Assembly (NCBI GenBank): GCA_963816355.1
Contig: CAWFKH010000006.1
Location: forward strand, 320,001-384,000
Direction of reading: 5' to 3'
DNA length: 64,000 bases
Source: an uncultured Gemmatimonadales bacterium
GTDB lineage: Bacteria; Gemmatimonadota; Gemmatimonadetes; Longimicrobiales; RSA9
Shown: positions 48,272 to 57,939 of the stretch, one piece after another
How positions within the stretch are numbered: the stretch's first letter is position 1
Layout: the number at the start of each line of letters is the position of its first letter
Program-made: the position numbers and the translations under genes
The notes under the pieces: generated by a model
The model's database searches: none
Seen by the model: only the letters and a program-made list of their open reading frames with translations
What the model was told of the DNA's origin: nothing

Positions 48272-49339
48272 ATGATCATCGTGACGCGCGCGGACGTGAC
48301 CGAGACGCAGCTCGACCGGATTCGCGAGAAGGTCGAGTCGCTTGGCATGCGCACCCACATCTCGCGCGGCGAGAGCCGCACCATCATCGGCTGCATCGGC
48401 GACGAGCAGCGGCTGGAAGAGGCGCCGCTGCTGAGCCTTCCCGGCGTCGAGTCGGTGACGCCGATCCTGAAGCCGTACAAGCTGGCGTCGCGAGATTTCG
48501 CGGCGGACGCGACGGTGGTGCGCGTCGGCGAGAGGGAAGGGACGGCGATCGGCGACGTCGCCCTGGCCATCGTCGCCGGTCCCTGCTCGGTGGAGGGGCC
48601 CGAGATGCTGCTGGAGACCGCGCTCGCCGTACGCGCGGCCGGCGCCGGCCTCCTGCGCGGCGGCGCGTTCAAGCCGCGCACGTCGCCGTACGCCTTCCAG
48701 GGTCTGGGGGAGGAAGCGTTGCGGGAGCTGGCGGAGGTGCGGCGCCGCACCGGCCTGCCGGTCGTGACGGAGGTGATGGACCCGCGCCAGATCGAGCTCG
48801 TGGCCGAGCACGCGGACGTGCTCCAGGTCGGCGCGCGCAACATGCAGAACTTCTCGCTGCTCTCCGAGCTGGGACGCGTGCAACGGCCGGTGCTGCTGAA
48901 GCGCGGCATCTCCGCGACCATCACGGAGCTGCTGCTCGCCGCCGAGTACGTCATGGCGCGCGGCAACCGCAACGTGGTCCTGTGCGAGCGCGGCATCCGG
49001 ACCTTCGAGACGAAGACGCGCAACACGCTCGACGTCGCCGCGGTGCCGGTCCTGAAGCGGGAGACGCACCTGCCCGTGATCGTCGACCCGAGCCACGCCG
49101 CGGGCGTCGCCGACCTCGTCGCGCCGCTCGCGTTCGCCGCGGTCGCGGCCGGTGCCGACGGCCTCATCGTGGAGGTGCATCCGCGGCCGGGCGAGGCGCT
49201 TTCCGACGGCGACCAGTCGCTGACGCCGGATGCGTTCGCGGATCTGATGCGCCGCCTCGCGCCGTTCGCCGCGGCCGCGGGCCGGCGTCTCGCCGCCGCG
49301 CCCGATGGCAGCGCCGACGACGCCGGGGTGGCCGCGTGA
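48272..49339 (+). CDS. aroF: DAHP synthase, class I-beta, with N-terminal ferredoxin-like regulatory domain
   Basis: [52 protein letters not shown]. Confidence 0.95.
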   Translation: MIIVTRADVTETQLDRIREKVESLGMRTHISRGESRTIIGCIGDEQRLEEAPLLSLPGVESVTPILKPYKLASRDFAADATVVRVGEREGTAIGDVALAIVAGPCSVEGPEMLLETALAVRAAGAGLLRGGAFKPRTSPYAFQGLGEEALRELAEVRRRTGLPVVTEVMDPRQIELVAEHADVLQVGARNMQNFSLLSELGRVQRPVLLKRGISATITELLLAAEYVMARGNRNVVLCERGIRTFETKTRNTLDVAAVPVLKRETHLPVIVDPSHAAGVADLVAPLAFAAVAAGADGLIVEVHPRPGEALSDGDQSLTPDAFADLMRRLAPFAAAAGRRLAAAPDGSADDAGVAA

Positions 49340-49641
49340 GCGCCGCGGACGGCGCTGGCGGCGGTCTCGCCGCCATGCGCGCCGAGCTCGAGCGGATCGA
49401 CGACGCGTTCGTCGCCCTCATGGTGGAGCGCCTCGCGCTCGCGCGCCGGATCGGCGAGGCGAAACGGAGCGACGGCAGGCCGGTGCTCGATCCGGCGCGC
49501 GAAGCCGCGGTCGTGCGTCGCGTCGGCGAGCGCGCGCGGCAGGCGGGTCTGCCGGACGAGGAGGTGCGCGAGATCTTCTGGCGGATCATCGCGCTCTGCC
49601 GCGGCGCGCAGCGCGACGACGTGTCCGCAGGGCTGCCGTGA
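49336..49641 (+). CDS. Chorismate mutase (AroQ type)
   Basis: [14 protein letters not shown]...IGEAK...VLDPARE; GTGA-coupled on both sides. Confidence 0.88.
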   Translation: MSAADGAGGGLAAMRAELERIDDAFVALMVERLALARRIGEAKRSDGRPVLDPAREAAVVRRVGERARQAGLPDEEVREIFWRIIALCRGAQRDDVSAGLP

Positions 49642-50480
49642 CCGCGGCGGTCGTCGGCCTCGGCGCCGTCGGCGGCTCGCTGGCGCGGGATCTCGCGGCC
49701 GCGGGCGTTCGCGTGGTCGGCCACGACGTCGATGCTTCCAGCGTGGCGGCGGCGCTCGAGGAGGGCGTGCTCGCGGCCGCGCTCGACGCCGACCTCATGG
49801 GCGTCGAGCAGGCGGAGTGGGTCGTGCTCGCGGCGCCGGTCGATGCCTCGCCTGCGCTGCTGCGGCGCGTGGCGGCGAGGCTGGCACGGGACGGCGCGCG
49901 CGCGCGGCTGGTGAGCGACGTCGGCAGCACGAAACGCTCGGTGGTCGAGGCGGCGGAGCGCGCCGGCCTCGCGTCGCGCTTCGTCGGTGCGCACCCGCTG
50001 GCGGGCGACCACCGCTCCGGCTGGTCGGCGTCGCGGCGCGGGCTGTTCGCGCGCCGGCCGGTTTTCCTGTGCCCCGCCGGAGGCGCCGGCGAGGAGGCGG
50101 TGGACGAGGCGCGGACGCTGTGGCGGCTGTGCGGCGCTTCGCCAGCCGTGCTCGACGCCACCGTTCACGACGAGCGCATGGCGTGGGTCAGCCACCTGCC
50201 ACAGCTCGTGGCGACGACGCTCGCGCTGGCGCTCCGCTCGGCCGATTTCGCGGCGGCCGACCTCGGTCCCGGCGGCCGCGACGCGACGCGTCTCGCCGCC
50301 AGCTCGCCCCCGATGTGGACCGCGATCGCGCTCGACAACGCGGACGCGATCGACGCGGCGCTCGGCACCTTCGCCGACCGCCTCGCGGAGTTGCGGGCGG
50401 CGATCGCGCGCGGCGACGCCCCGGCGGTTCGGCGCGCCCTGGATCACGCGCGCTCGTGGCGCGAGGACGGCGCGGCGTAG
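49638..50480 (+). CDS. tyrA: Prephenate/arogenate dehydrogenase
   Basis: GLGAVGGSLA, DVGSTK, FVGAHPLAG, HDERMAWVSHLPQ, RDATRLAAS..MW. Confidence 0.92.
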   Translation: MTAAVVGLGAVGGSLARDLAAAGVRVVGHDVDASSVAAALEEGVLAAALDADLMGVEQAEWVVLAAPVDASPALLRRVAARLARDGARARLVSDVGSTKRSVVEAAERAGLASRFVGAHPLAGDHRSGWSASRRGLFARRPVFLCPAGGAGEEAVDEARTLWRLCGASPAVLDATVHDERMAWVSHLPQLVATTLALALRSADFAAADLGPGGRDATRLAASSPPMWTAIALDNADAIDAALGTFADRLAELRAAIARGDAPAVRRALDHARSWREDGAA

Positions 50481-50569
50481 CCGTGCGCGCGGAACCGCGG
50501 ACCCTCCGGCGGCATTCGCAGCGGGGGGCCCCGCAGGCGCTCCGATCCTTCTTTTGCCGTGAGGTCCAC

Positions 50570-51523
50570 CTGAGCGTTTCCGACGCGATCGCGGCTCGTC
50601 TCTGGCGCCGTTTCCGTCTCGCGCGCGTGGGCCGCTGGCTGGCGCGCGGGCGTCGTCGTCTCGTGACGCGGCGCGACCGCGAGCGCCACCGGCTCGGATT
50701 GGCGGCCGCGGATCCGTCCTACGCCGGGGAGTGGCCGCACGCGCGCGCGCTGCTCGACCGGCTCGGGATCGGCCGCGACGGCTGGGCGGTCGACCTCGGT
50801 GCGGGCGACGGCGTCGCTTCCTCGTGCACGCTGCCGCTCTTCCGGGACCGCGCCTGGAGCGGCCTCGCCGTCGAGTGCGACGCGACGCGGTTCGGCCTCC
50901 TCGACGACGCCTACCGCGGCTTCCCGGACGTCGTTCGGCTGCGTGCCCGTGTGACGCCGGACACCGTCGCCGATCTGCTCGCGGCTGCCGGAACGCCCGA
51001 GCGGTTCGCCTTCCTCAACGTCGACCTCGATTCCTTCGACCTCGCGGTGGTGCGGGCCGTGCTCGCGCGCTTCCAGCCGGCCGTCGTCGACATCGAGGTC
51101 AACGAGAAGGTGCCGCCGCCCGTGCGCTTCACGGTGCTCTACGCACCGGACCACGCGTGGGACGAGAGCCACTTCTTCGGCTGCTCGCTGGCCGCCGCCG
51201 CGGACGTGATCGAACTGGCCGGATACCGCCTTCAGGGGCTCGCGTACAACAACGCCTTCTTCGTCCGAGACGACGTCGCCGACGTCGCCTCCGTGCCGCG
51301 CGCCGGCGTCGCGGATGCCTACCGCGCGGGCTACGTCGACCGGCCCGAACGCGCGCGGCTCTTCCCCTGGAACGCCGACGTCGAGGCGCTGCTCGCGATG
51401 CCGGCCGCCGAAGTGGTCGCGGCGCTCGACGGGCGCTTTCGCCGCTACGCCGGACGCTACCGCCTCGGCCTCGATCCCGTGCGGCCGACCGATCCGCTCG
51501 AGGCGGCGCGCGCCGATGGCTGA
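50570..51523 (+). CDS. FkbM-like SAM-dependent methyltransferase
   Basis: VDLGAGDG, WSGLAVE, FLNVDLDSFD, IEVN, FGCSL and NAFFVR. Start uncertain (CTG after GAGGT). Confidence 0.6.
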   Translation: MSVSDAIAARLWRRFRLARVGRWLARGRRRLVTRRDRERHRLGLAAADPSYAGEWPHARALLDRLGIGRDGWAVDLGAGDGVASSCTLPLFRDRAWSGLAVECDATRFGLLDDAYRGFPDVVRLRARVTPDTVADLLAAAGTPERFAFLNVDLDSFDLAVVRAVLARFQPAVVDIEVNEKVPPPVRFTVLYAPDHAWDESHFFGCSLAAAADVIELAGYRLQGLAYNNAFFVRDDVADVASVPRAGVADAYRAGYVDRPERARLFPWNADVEALLAMPAAEVVAALDGRFRRYAGRYRLGLDPVRPTDPLEAARADG

Positions 51524-52883
51524 ACGACGGCGCGACGCGAGCGCCGCCGCGGAAGCCGGAGCGGACGGCCGTGCCGCTGCGCCGCGCGGCGGCCGCCCCA
51601 CGGCGGCGGCACTGCCGTTGGGCGCGCTCGACATGCCGGCAGCGGAAGTCGGGCGCCGCTTCCGGGACGCGCGGCGCAGCGGCACGCCGGCCTGGCTGTG
51701 GCCGGAGGTGCGGCCCGCGGCGTGGCGCGCCGAGCTCCTCGCCATCGGTGACGCGACCGCGACGCTGCTGACGAGCGGGGACGCGACCGCCCGGCTGGCG
51801 GCGGGCGGCGCGGCGGAGGATGACGACGCGCTCGCCGCGCTGTGCGTGGCGGCCTACACGTCCGGCATGGGACCGCTGCTCGGGCGCTGGGTGGAGGAGG
51901 GGCGGCTGCGGACGTCCGGCGCGGCGGCGCGTCTGCTGCAACTGCACCTGCGGCACGCGCGCCTGCGGGCGCGGCGCCTCGAAGCGCTGCGCGACGACGT
52001 CCTCGGCCGCCTCGCCGGCGCGGGCGTCGCGTGCACGCTGCTGAAGGGCGCACACACGGCGTGGTCGTACTTTCCCGAGCCGGGCGTGCGGCCGGCGTCC
52101 GACATCGATCTGCGCGTCGAGCCCGGGGCGGTGGCGGCGGCGGAGGACGCGCTGAGCGGTGCGGGCTACGTCCCGAGCCGCGCGCAACACCGACCGTACC
52201 GCAGGACGTGGTCACCCGCCGGCTCAGCGCCGGCGCCGCGCTCGCTGCTGCTCGTCCACGCGGAGGACCCCGTCGCGGTCGACCTCCACGCGTCGCTCGA
52301 CCGCAACTTCTTCGGCGTGCGGACGATCCGCTTCGACGCACTCGTCGCGCGCGGCGGTCTCGAGCGCTGGCCCGGCGCGCCCGCGACGTGGCGGCTGCGG
52401 CAGCCGGCGCTGCTGCTGCTGCTCGCCTGTCACGCCTCGGAGGGGCTGCACCAGCTCAGTTTGCTGCGCCTGGTCGAGATCGTGCGCGTGATCACGGCCG
52501 ACACCGCCGCGGGGACGCTGTCGTGGGACGCCTTCCTCGAGACCGCGGAGGCGCTGCGGTGCGCCCGCTTCTGCCATCCGGCGCTGGAGCTCGCCGACCG
52601 CCTCGCGCCCGGCACCGTGCCCACGGCGATCCGCCGCTGGCTCGCCGCCGCCGCGACGCCGGCGCTCCGCCGCCTCATGGCGCAACTGCAGCCGGCGACG
52701 GCGCAGCGCATCGACCGCGTCTCGATCGGCGAACGCTTCGTCTGGAGCAGCGGCCCCGTCGAGCACGCGCGGCGCGCCGCGCACGCGCTGTGGCCCGCGC
52801 CGGCGGGTCGCTCGCTCGCCGCGCTCCTCGACCTCTACGCCCGCCGCGGCTGGACGCTGCTGCGCGGCGCGGCGCGCCGCTGA
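51516..52883 (+). CDS. Uncharacterised nucleotidyltransferase (NTP_transf_5-like)
   Basis: LLKG......Y....RPASDIDL and VDLH motifs. Confidence 0.8.
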   Translation: MAERRRDASAAAEAGADGRAAAPRGGRPTAAALPLGALDMPAAEVGRRFRDARRSGTPAWLWPEVRPAAWRAELLAIGDATATLLTSGDATARLAAGGAAEDDDALAALCVAAYTSGMGPLLGRWVEEGRLRTSGAAARLLQLHLRHARLRARRLEALRDDVLGRLAGAGVACTLLKGAHTAWSYFPEPGVRPASDIDLRVEPGAVAAAEDALSGAGYVPSRAQHRPYRRTWSPAGSAPAPRSLLLVHAEDPVAVDLHASLDRNFFGVRTIRFDALVARGGLERWPGAPATWRLRQPALLLLLACHASEGLHQLSLLRLVEIVRVITADTAAGTLSWDAFLETAEALRCARFCHPALELADRLAPGTVPTAIRRWLAAAATPALRRLMAQLQPATAQRIDRVSIGERFVWSSGPVEHARRAAHALWPAPAGRSLAALLDLYARRGWTLLRGAARR

Positions 52884-53968
52884 AGACGCGCGTCCCGCTC
52901 CACCTCCGGCAGCGCGCCGGACACGCGCCGCGTCACGCCGCGCAGCGTAGCCGGATCCTCCAGCAGCCCGATTCCCTCGAGATCCGCCAGCGCCGGGTCC
53001 GCCAGGCGCACCTCGCCCGCCACCACGACCAGCGCGACATCCGCCGCGCTGGCCTCCAGCAGCGGCCGCCGCAGCACGACGAGGTCGGCAGCGGCACCGA
53101 CTTCGAGCGTCGGCGGCGGGAGCCGGAGTCGCCGCGCGGCGGTGGCGCCGACGGCGCCGGCGATGCGATCGTCGTCGATCAGGGCGAGCCGGCGCGCCGC
53201 GCGGATCTCGTCCAGCAGGTCGCCCTCCGCGGTGAGCAGCGAGTCGCTTCCCACGAGCACGTCGATGCCCGCCGCGACCAGCGCCGGCGGCAGCGTGCGG
53301 CCGAAGAGGAAGAGGTTCGACGTCGGGCACCAGACGACGCCGGCACCGGCGCGGCGGAGGCGGCCGACGCCGTCGTCGTCCACGCCGACGGCGTGTACCG
53401 CGAGCAGACGCTCGTCGAGCAGGCCGAGCCGGTCGAGCTGGCGCACCTCCTCGGCGGCCGCGCCGTCCACGCCCTCGGCCAGATGGATGCAGAGCGGCGT
53501 GGCCGGCGGCGGCGAGCCGGAGGGGGCGGCGTCCGCGCGGGCGCGGCGCACGCCGGCGTCGTCGAAGCCGAGCGAGTGGACGGTGCGGCAGCGCGCGACG
53601 CGCAGCGGGAAGTCGCGCTCGAAGGCGGGCTCCCACGGGTCGTGGTGCACGACGGTGGTGACACCGGCGAAGAGGTTCTTCCACGCGCCCAGCCGGAGCG
53701 CTTCGCCGCGGGGCAGCCGCCCCCCGCGCTCGATCTCGGCGGCGCGGCGCGCGTGGATGTCGCGACCCCACGCGTAGGCGTCCGGGTACGGCGGGTCGCC
53801 CAGGCGGCCGTAGTGGTTGCGGTGGAGGTGGTCGTGGGCGTTGATCAGCCCGGGCCGCAGCTCACCGTCCGGCACGCGGATCACGCGGTCGAACATGCCG
53901 GCCGCTTCCACGATACGGCCTCCCTGGATGCCGACGCTGGCGTTCCGCGCGTCGACGCGGAGTCTCAC
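52835..53968 (-). CDS. Amidohydrolase family protein (deaminase-like)
   Basis: PGLINAHDHL, GVTTVVHH, IHLAEG, VHAVG, WCPTSN, GSDS. Confidence 0.85.
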   Translation of the reverse strand: MRLRVDARNASVGIQGGRIVEAAGMFDRVIRVPDGELRPGLINAHDHLHRNHYGRLGDPPYPDAYAWGRDIHARRAAEIERGGRLPRGEALRLGAWKNLFAGVTTVVHHDPWEPAFERDFPLRVARCRTVHSLGFDDAGVRRARADAAPSGSPPPATPLCIHLAEGVDGAAAEEVRQLDRLGLLDERLLAVHAVGVDDDGVGRLRRAGAGVVWCPTSNLFLFGRTLPPALVAAGIDVLVGSDSLLTAEGDLLDEIRAARRLALIDDDRIAGAVGATAARRLRLPPPTLEVGAAADLVVLRRPLLEASAADVALVVVAGEVRLADPALADLEGIGLLEDPATLRGVTRRVSGALPEVERDARLQRRAAPRSSVQPRRA

Positions 53969-54756
53969 GGCACGCTCGGACGGCGCTCGGGCGGGGCGCC
54001 GTCGCGCTCGACCGCGCCGCGCCGCCTGTAGACGAGGCCGAGCACGAGCGGCAGGCCGTGGTCGGCGTCGTAGCGGTCGAGCTTGCCCGCCTGCGCATAC
54101 AGGTGGCGGACGGCGGGTCCGACGGCCGCGTCGCGCCGTCCGGCGGGCTCGAGGCCAGCGCGCGCGGCGGCGGCGTGGTGCGCGGCCGCGTCGTGCACGT
54201 GGTGCTCGACCGCGTGCAGCGCGCCGTCCGCGGCGCGGAAGGTCCGGGCGTGGCCGGCGGCTGCCGCGGCCGGGTGGAAGTCCGAGACGACCACCGCTCC
54301 ACGCGGCCGGCAGACGCGCGCCAGCTCGGCGTAGGCGTCCTCGAGCGACGGCAGGTGGCCGAGCACGAGGCGGCACCAGACGAGGTCGAAGCTCGCGGCG
54401 GCGAAGGGGAGCGCCCGCACGTCGGCGGCGGCGAGGTGGCGGACGCGACGTTCGCGGGGGCGTCGTGCCGGCGCACCGCCGAGCGCCGTCGTCGCGAGGG
54501 AAGGTGCGAACGCGGCGGCGGCGTGGAAGCCGTGCGCGAGCATCTCCGGCACGAGGTCGACGCCGGTGCGGAGCTGGGCGTCGGTGACGGCGTCGAGGCG
54601 GCGGCCGGTGCCGCACCCCGCGTCGAGGAGGCGCCGGCCGCGCGTGCGGGGCGAGAGCTTGGCGACGAGGAGGTCGTCGAGCGCGCTGACGACGGTTTCG
54701 CCGGCGTAGCTGGGTGCCCACAGCCGGTAGGCGGCGCGGGCGGGGAGGGTGCTCAC
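53965..54756 (-). CDS. Class I SAM-dependent methyltransferase
   Basis: AYRLWAPSY, LDAGCGTG, LPFAAASFD, SDFHP; GTGA-coupled. Confidence 0.85.
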   Translation of the reverse strand: MSTLPARAAYRLWAPSYAGETVVSALDDLLVAKLSPRTRGRRLLDAGCGTGRRLDAVTDAQLRTGVDLVPEMLAHGFHAAAAFAPSLATTALGGAPARRPRERRVRHLAAADVRALPFAAASFDLVWCRLVLGHLPSLEDAYAELARVCRPRGAVVVSDFHPAAAAAGHARTFRAADGALHAVEHHVHDAAAHHAAAARAGLEPAGRRDAAVGPAVRHLYAQAGKLDRYDADHGLPLVLGLVYRRRGAVERDGAPPERRPSVP

Positions 54757-56267
54757 GAGGCGGCGGGCGCGGGCGGACGCAGGTGGCCGTAGGCCTGGCG
54801 GTCGTCGGGCGACGTCGTCGCCCAGCGTCGCACGGCGCGCAGCACGCGCGGGTCGCGGAAGCGGCCGCGGTCCCAGCGGCGGCGGGCGAGGACGCGGCCG
54901 AGCGCCTTGCCCCAGGGGCGCGTGCGCCGGTCGTGGACGGAGGGGAAGCGGCTCTTCAGCACGATCTCGAAGTCGTCGACGCGGCGCTTGAGGTCCCGGT
55001 CGAGCCACGGCACGTCGGGGTCCTCGTGCGTCATCCACGCCACCCAACGCGGCTCCGTCCACTCCTCCAGCGTGTCCGGCGTGCCGGCGAGCGGGTCGAC
55101 ATCACCGTAAGTCCCGCGCCGCTGCGGCGTGGGCGTGTAGAAGTAGCGGATCAGCTCCATCTCGGGGTTGACGTCCTTCAGCCTGCGGATGAACGCCAGC
55201 GTCGTCTCGATCCCGCCGCGCGGGTCTTCCGGGTCGCCGAAGACGAAGGAGAACTCCGGGATGATGCCGTGCTCGCGCGTGCGCGCGGCGACTTCGAGCG
55301 TCTGCGCCGTCGTGAGCTTCTTGTTCATGCGCCGCAGGATCTCGTCGGAGCCGGACTCGGCGCCGAAGAAGATCATGCGGAGGCCGGCGCGGCGGAGCGT
55401 GCGCCACGTGGCGTCCGAGAAGCGGAGCATCGCGTCGATGCGCGCCTCGCACCACCAGGAGAGGCCGAGCGGGGTGATGCGTTCGGCGAGCTCGACGGCG
55501 TGGTCTTCGCGCAGGAAGAAGTTGTTGTCGTAGAAGTGGACGCCGTCCATTCCGTGGTGGCGGACGAGGTGGCCGAGGTGCGCGGCGGTGCGCGCGGGCG
55601 ACTCCTGCTTCTCGCGGCTGCCGAAGACGGAGATGACGCCGCAGAACTTGCAGCCGTAGGGGCAGCCGATCGACGCCTGGTAGACGCCGCTGCGCCGGCC
55701 GAGGAAGGTGGGGTGCAGGTAGTCGTCGACCGGGATCTTGTGGTAGGCGGGCGGCGGCAGCTCGTCGGGGCCCACCCACGGCCGTTCCGGCGGCAGCCGC
55801 AGCGAGCCGTCGGCGCGGCGGAAGCCGAGGCCCGCCACGGTCTCCGGATCGCGTTGCCCGTCGAGCACTTCGAGCAGCTCGACGAAGGTGCGTTCGCCCT
55901 GGCCGCGGACGATCCAGTCGACGTACGGCGCGTTCAGCACCGGCGCCGGATAGATGCTCGGGAAGTTGCCGCCCCACACGACCGCGACGCCGGGGAAGCG
56001 CGCCTTCAGCCGCTTCGCGAGAGGGACGGCGCTCACGAGCTGCGGTCCGGGCATGACGCTGAACGCGACGACGCGCACCGGGTCGCGGCCGCCGCGCCGC
56101 GCTTCGATGCGCTCCGCCAGCTCCGTGAGCGGGTCGCTGTCGGGGCGGTTGCCGTCGACGATCTCCCATTCCACGCCGTCCGGCAGCGCGGCGCCCACCG
56201 CCATGATGGAGAGCGGGAAACGACGGTTGGCGGGGCGCGTGGCGCGCGGGTTCACGAAAAGGATCAT
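54753..56267 (-). CDS. Cobalamin-binding domain radical SAM enzyme
   Basis: N-terminal B12-binding domain (VVWGGNFPS, IVRGQGE), CPYGCKFC, FYDNNF, FGAESGS. Confidence 0.9.
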   Translation of the reverse strand: MILFVNPRATRPANRRFPLSIMAVGAALPDGVEWEIVDGNRPDSDPLTELAERIEARRGGRDPVRVVAFSVMPGPQLVSAVPLAKRLKARFPGVAVVWGGNFPSIYPAPVLNAPYVDWIVRGQGERTFVELLEVLDGQRDPETVAGLGFRRADGSLRLPPERPWVGPDELPPPAYHKIPVDDYLHPTFLGRRSGVYQASIGCPYGCKFCGVISVFGSREKQESPARTAAHLGHLVRHHGMDGVHFYDNNFFLREDHAVELAERITPLGLSWWCEARIDAMLRFSDATWRTLRRAGLRMIFFGAESGSDEILRRMNKKLTTAQTLEVAARTREHGIIPEFSFVFGDPEDPRGGIETTLAFIRRLKDVNPEMELIRYFYTPTPQRRGTYGDVDPLAGTPDTLEEWTEPRWVAWMTHEDPDVPWLDRDLKRRVDDFEIVLKSRFPSVHDRRTRPWGKALGRVLARRRWDRGRFRDPRVLRAVRRWATTSPDDRQAYGHLRPPAPAAS

Positions 56268-57088
56268 GGCAGCGTGCACTCCAAGAGGTCGAAGCGGGAT
56301 GGCGGCCGCCGCCCGCGCAGCCGCGCGAGAAGCGGGCGGATCTCATAGCGCAGCGGATAGCGCACGCGGTGGTGACGCCAGCGCAGGCCGTGCGGCGTCG
56401 AAGCGGCGCGCAGCCGCTCCCGCGTCAGGTATTCGATGAACGGCAGCGCCGTCAGGTCAGCCGCCCACGGCCCGAAGCGCTGCGGCGCACGGGCGCGCTT
56501 CTCCGCCACCATCGCCTGGCCGTGCGCGGCGCGGCGGTAGAACGGCGAATCGAGGATCGCGATGCGGCCGCCGCTGCGCACGCTTCGCACGGCTTCCGCC
56601 AGCGTCGCGTCCAGGTCGAGCGCGTAGTGGAGCGACGCGTTGAACACGGCCACGTCGAAGCGTCGCTCGCGCAGCGGCAGCGCGTCGAAGGAGGCGACGA
56701 CGCGGGGGAAGCGGCGCCGCAGCACGGCGGCGTACGCGGCCGCGGCACCGAGGCCGTCGACGACGTCGTCGCGGATGTCCAGCGCGAGCGTCTCGTGTCC
56801 CAGCCGCGCGAGGCGGTGGCACAGCCAGCCGTTGCCGGCGCCGAGGTCGAGCACGCGCAGCGGTCGCGCCGCCGAGCCCGCCGCCAGCGGCCGCACGACG
56901 ACCTCCATGAAGCGCTCGAACGTCCGCGCCCGCACGCGCCACTGCGCCGCCAGCGGACCGCTCCGGATGTAGGGCAGCGCGAGGAGCTCGGCGACGCCGC
57001 CGGCGCCGCGGCCTTCCGTCGCGCGGTGGCGGCCGTAGGCGGCGCGGAAGCGCGTGAGCGCGGCGGCGTCGGGTGCGTGGGCGCTCAT
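56264..57088 (-). CDS. Class I SAM-dependent methyltransferase
   Basis: VLDLGAGNGW, FDALP, FNASLHY, ILDSPFY; ATGA-coupled. Confidence 0.85.
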   Translation of the reverse strand: MSAHAPDAAALTRFRAAYGRHRATEGRGAGGVAELLALPYIRSGPLAAQWRVRARTFERFMEVVVRPLAAGSAARPLRVLDLGAGNGWLCHRLARLGHETLALDIRDDVVDGLGAAAAYAAVLRRRFPRVVASFDALPLRERRFDVAVFNASLHYALDLDATLAEAVRSVRSGGRIAILDSPFYRRAAHGQAMVAEKRARAPQRFGPWAADLTALPFIEYLTRERLRAASTPHGLRWRHHRVRYPLRYEIRPLLARLRGRRPPSRFDLLECTLP

Positions 57089-57939
57089 GCCACGCTCCTC
57101 GCGTTGCGGACCAGCGTGTAGAGGACGTGGTCGCCGAGGGGCGCGAGGAGGCCGGCGGTCGCGCGGTCCAGGCGCTCGAGCACGCCGAGCAGCCGCGGGT
57201 GCGACGAGATCCACGGCTCCGCCCCGCTGGGCGGGACGAACACCCCCACGCCCGTCGCGCGCTCGAGCCGGAACCACGGCGCGAACGCCTCCGCGACATC
57301 GCGGCGGCGATGATAGCGAACGGAGAAGTCGCGGCCGCCCACGCGGGCGGGCATGGCGCCGCGGGAGAGGCGACGGACCGCCGCGCGAGGCTCCCCGCGC
57401 GCGAGCTGCACCACCACCTCTCCCGGCGGCATCGTTCCGAAGAAGACCAGCAGCGCGGGCGCGCCCGGCCGCAGCAGCCTCGCCGTTCCGCGCGCGACCG
57501 GCGCCAGGTCGCTCACGCAGTTGAGCGCGGCGAAATTGGAGAATGCGCCGTCGAAGAGCGTGCCGGCGCCGTCGTCGAAGCGCGCGTCCTCGATGGCGAC
57601 GGCGTCGAGCCGCTCCGCCGAGGCGACGCGGGCCGCCGCGCGCGCGCCGAAGCGGCGCAGCTTCTCGCCCGCGACGGCGACCATCGCCGGCGCCGGATCG
57701 GTGAGCAGCACGCGGCGGCCCCGGTCCGCCAGCCACACCGCGTCCTCGCCGGTCCCGCCGCCGATCTCGAGCACGCGTGCGTCGCGCGGGAAGGCGGCGA
57801 GGAGCGCGGCGCGCACCGCCCGGCGCTGCGCCGCGACGCTGAGCCAGGCGCCGAAGCGGCGGTCGAAGTCGGCGGCGATCGCGTCGAAGGCGGCTGCGGG
57901 CGGCGCCAGCCGATCCGACCCGGCGGCGAAGGTGCTCAT
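57085..57939 (-). CDS. Class I SAM-dependent methyltransferase
   Basis: AFDAIAADFD, VLEIGGGTGED, FDGAFSNFAALNC; ATGA-coupled. Confidence 0.85.
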   Translation of the reverse strand: MSTFAAGSDRLAPPAAAFDAIAADFDRRFGAWLSVAAQRRAVRAALLAAFPRDARVLEIGGGTGEDAVWLADRGRRVLLTDPAPAMVAVAGEKLRRFGARAAARVASAERLDAVAIEDARFDDGAGTLFDGAFSNFAALNCVSDLAPVARGTARLLRPGAPALLVFFGTMPPGEVVVQLARGEPRAAVRRLSRGAMPARVGGRDFSVRYHRRRDVAEAFAPWFRLERATGVGVFVPPSGAEPWISSHPRLLGVLERLDRATAGLLAPLGDHVLYTLVRNARSVA

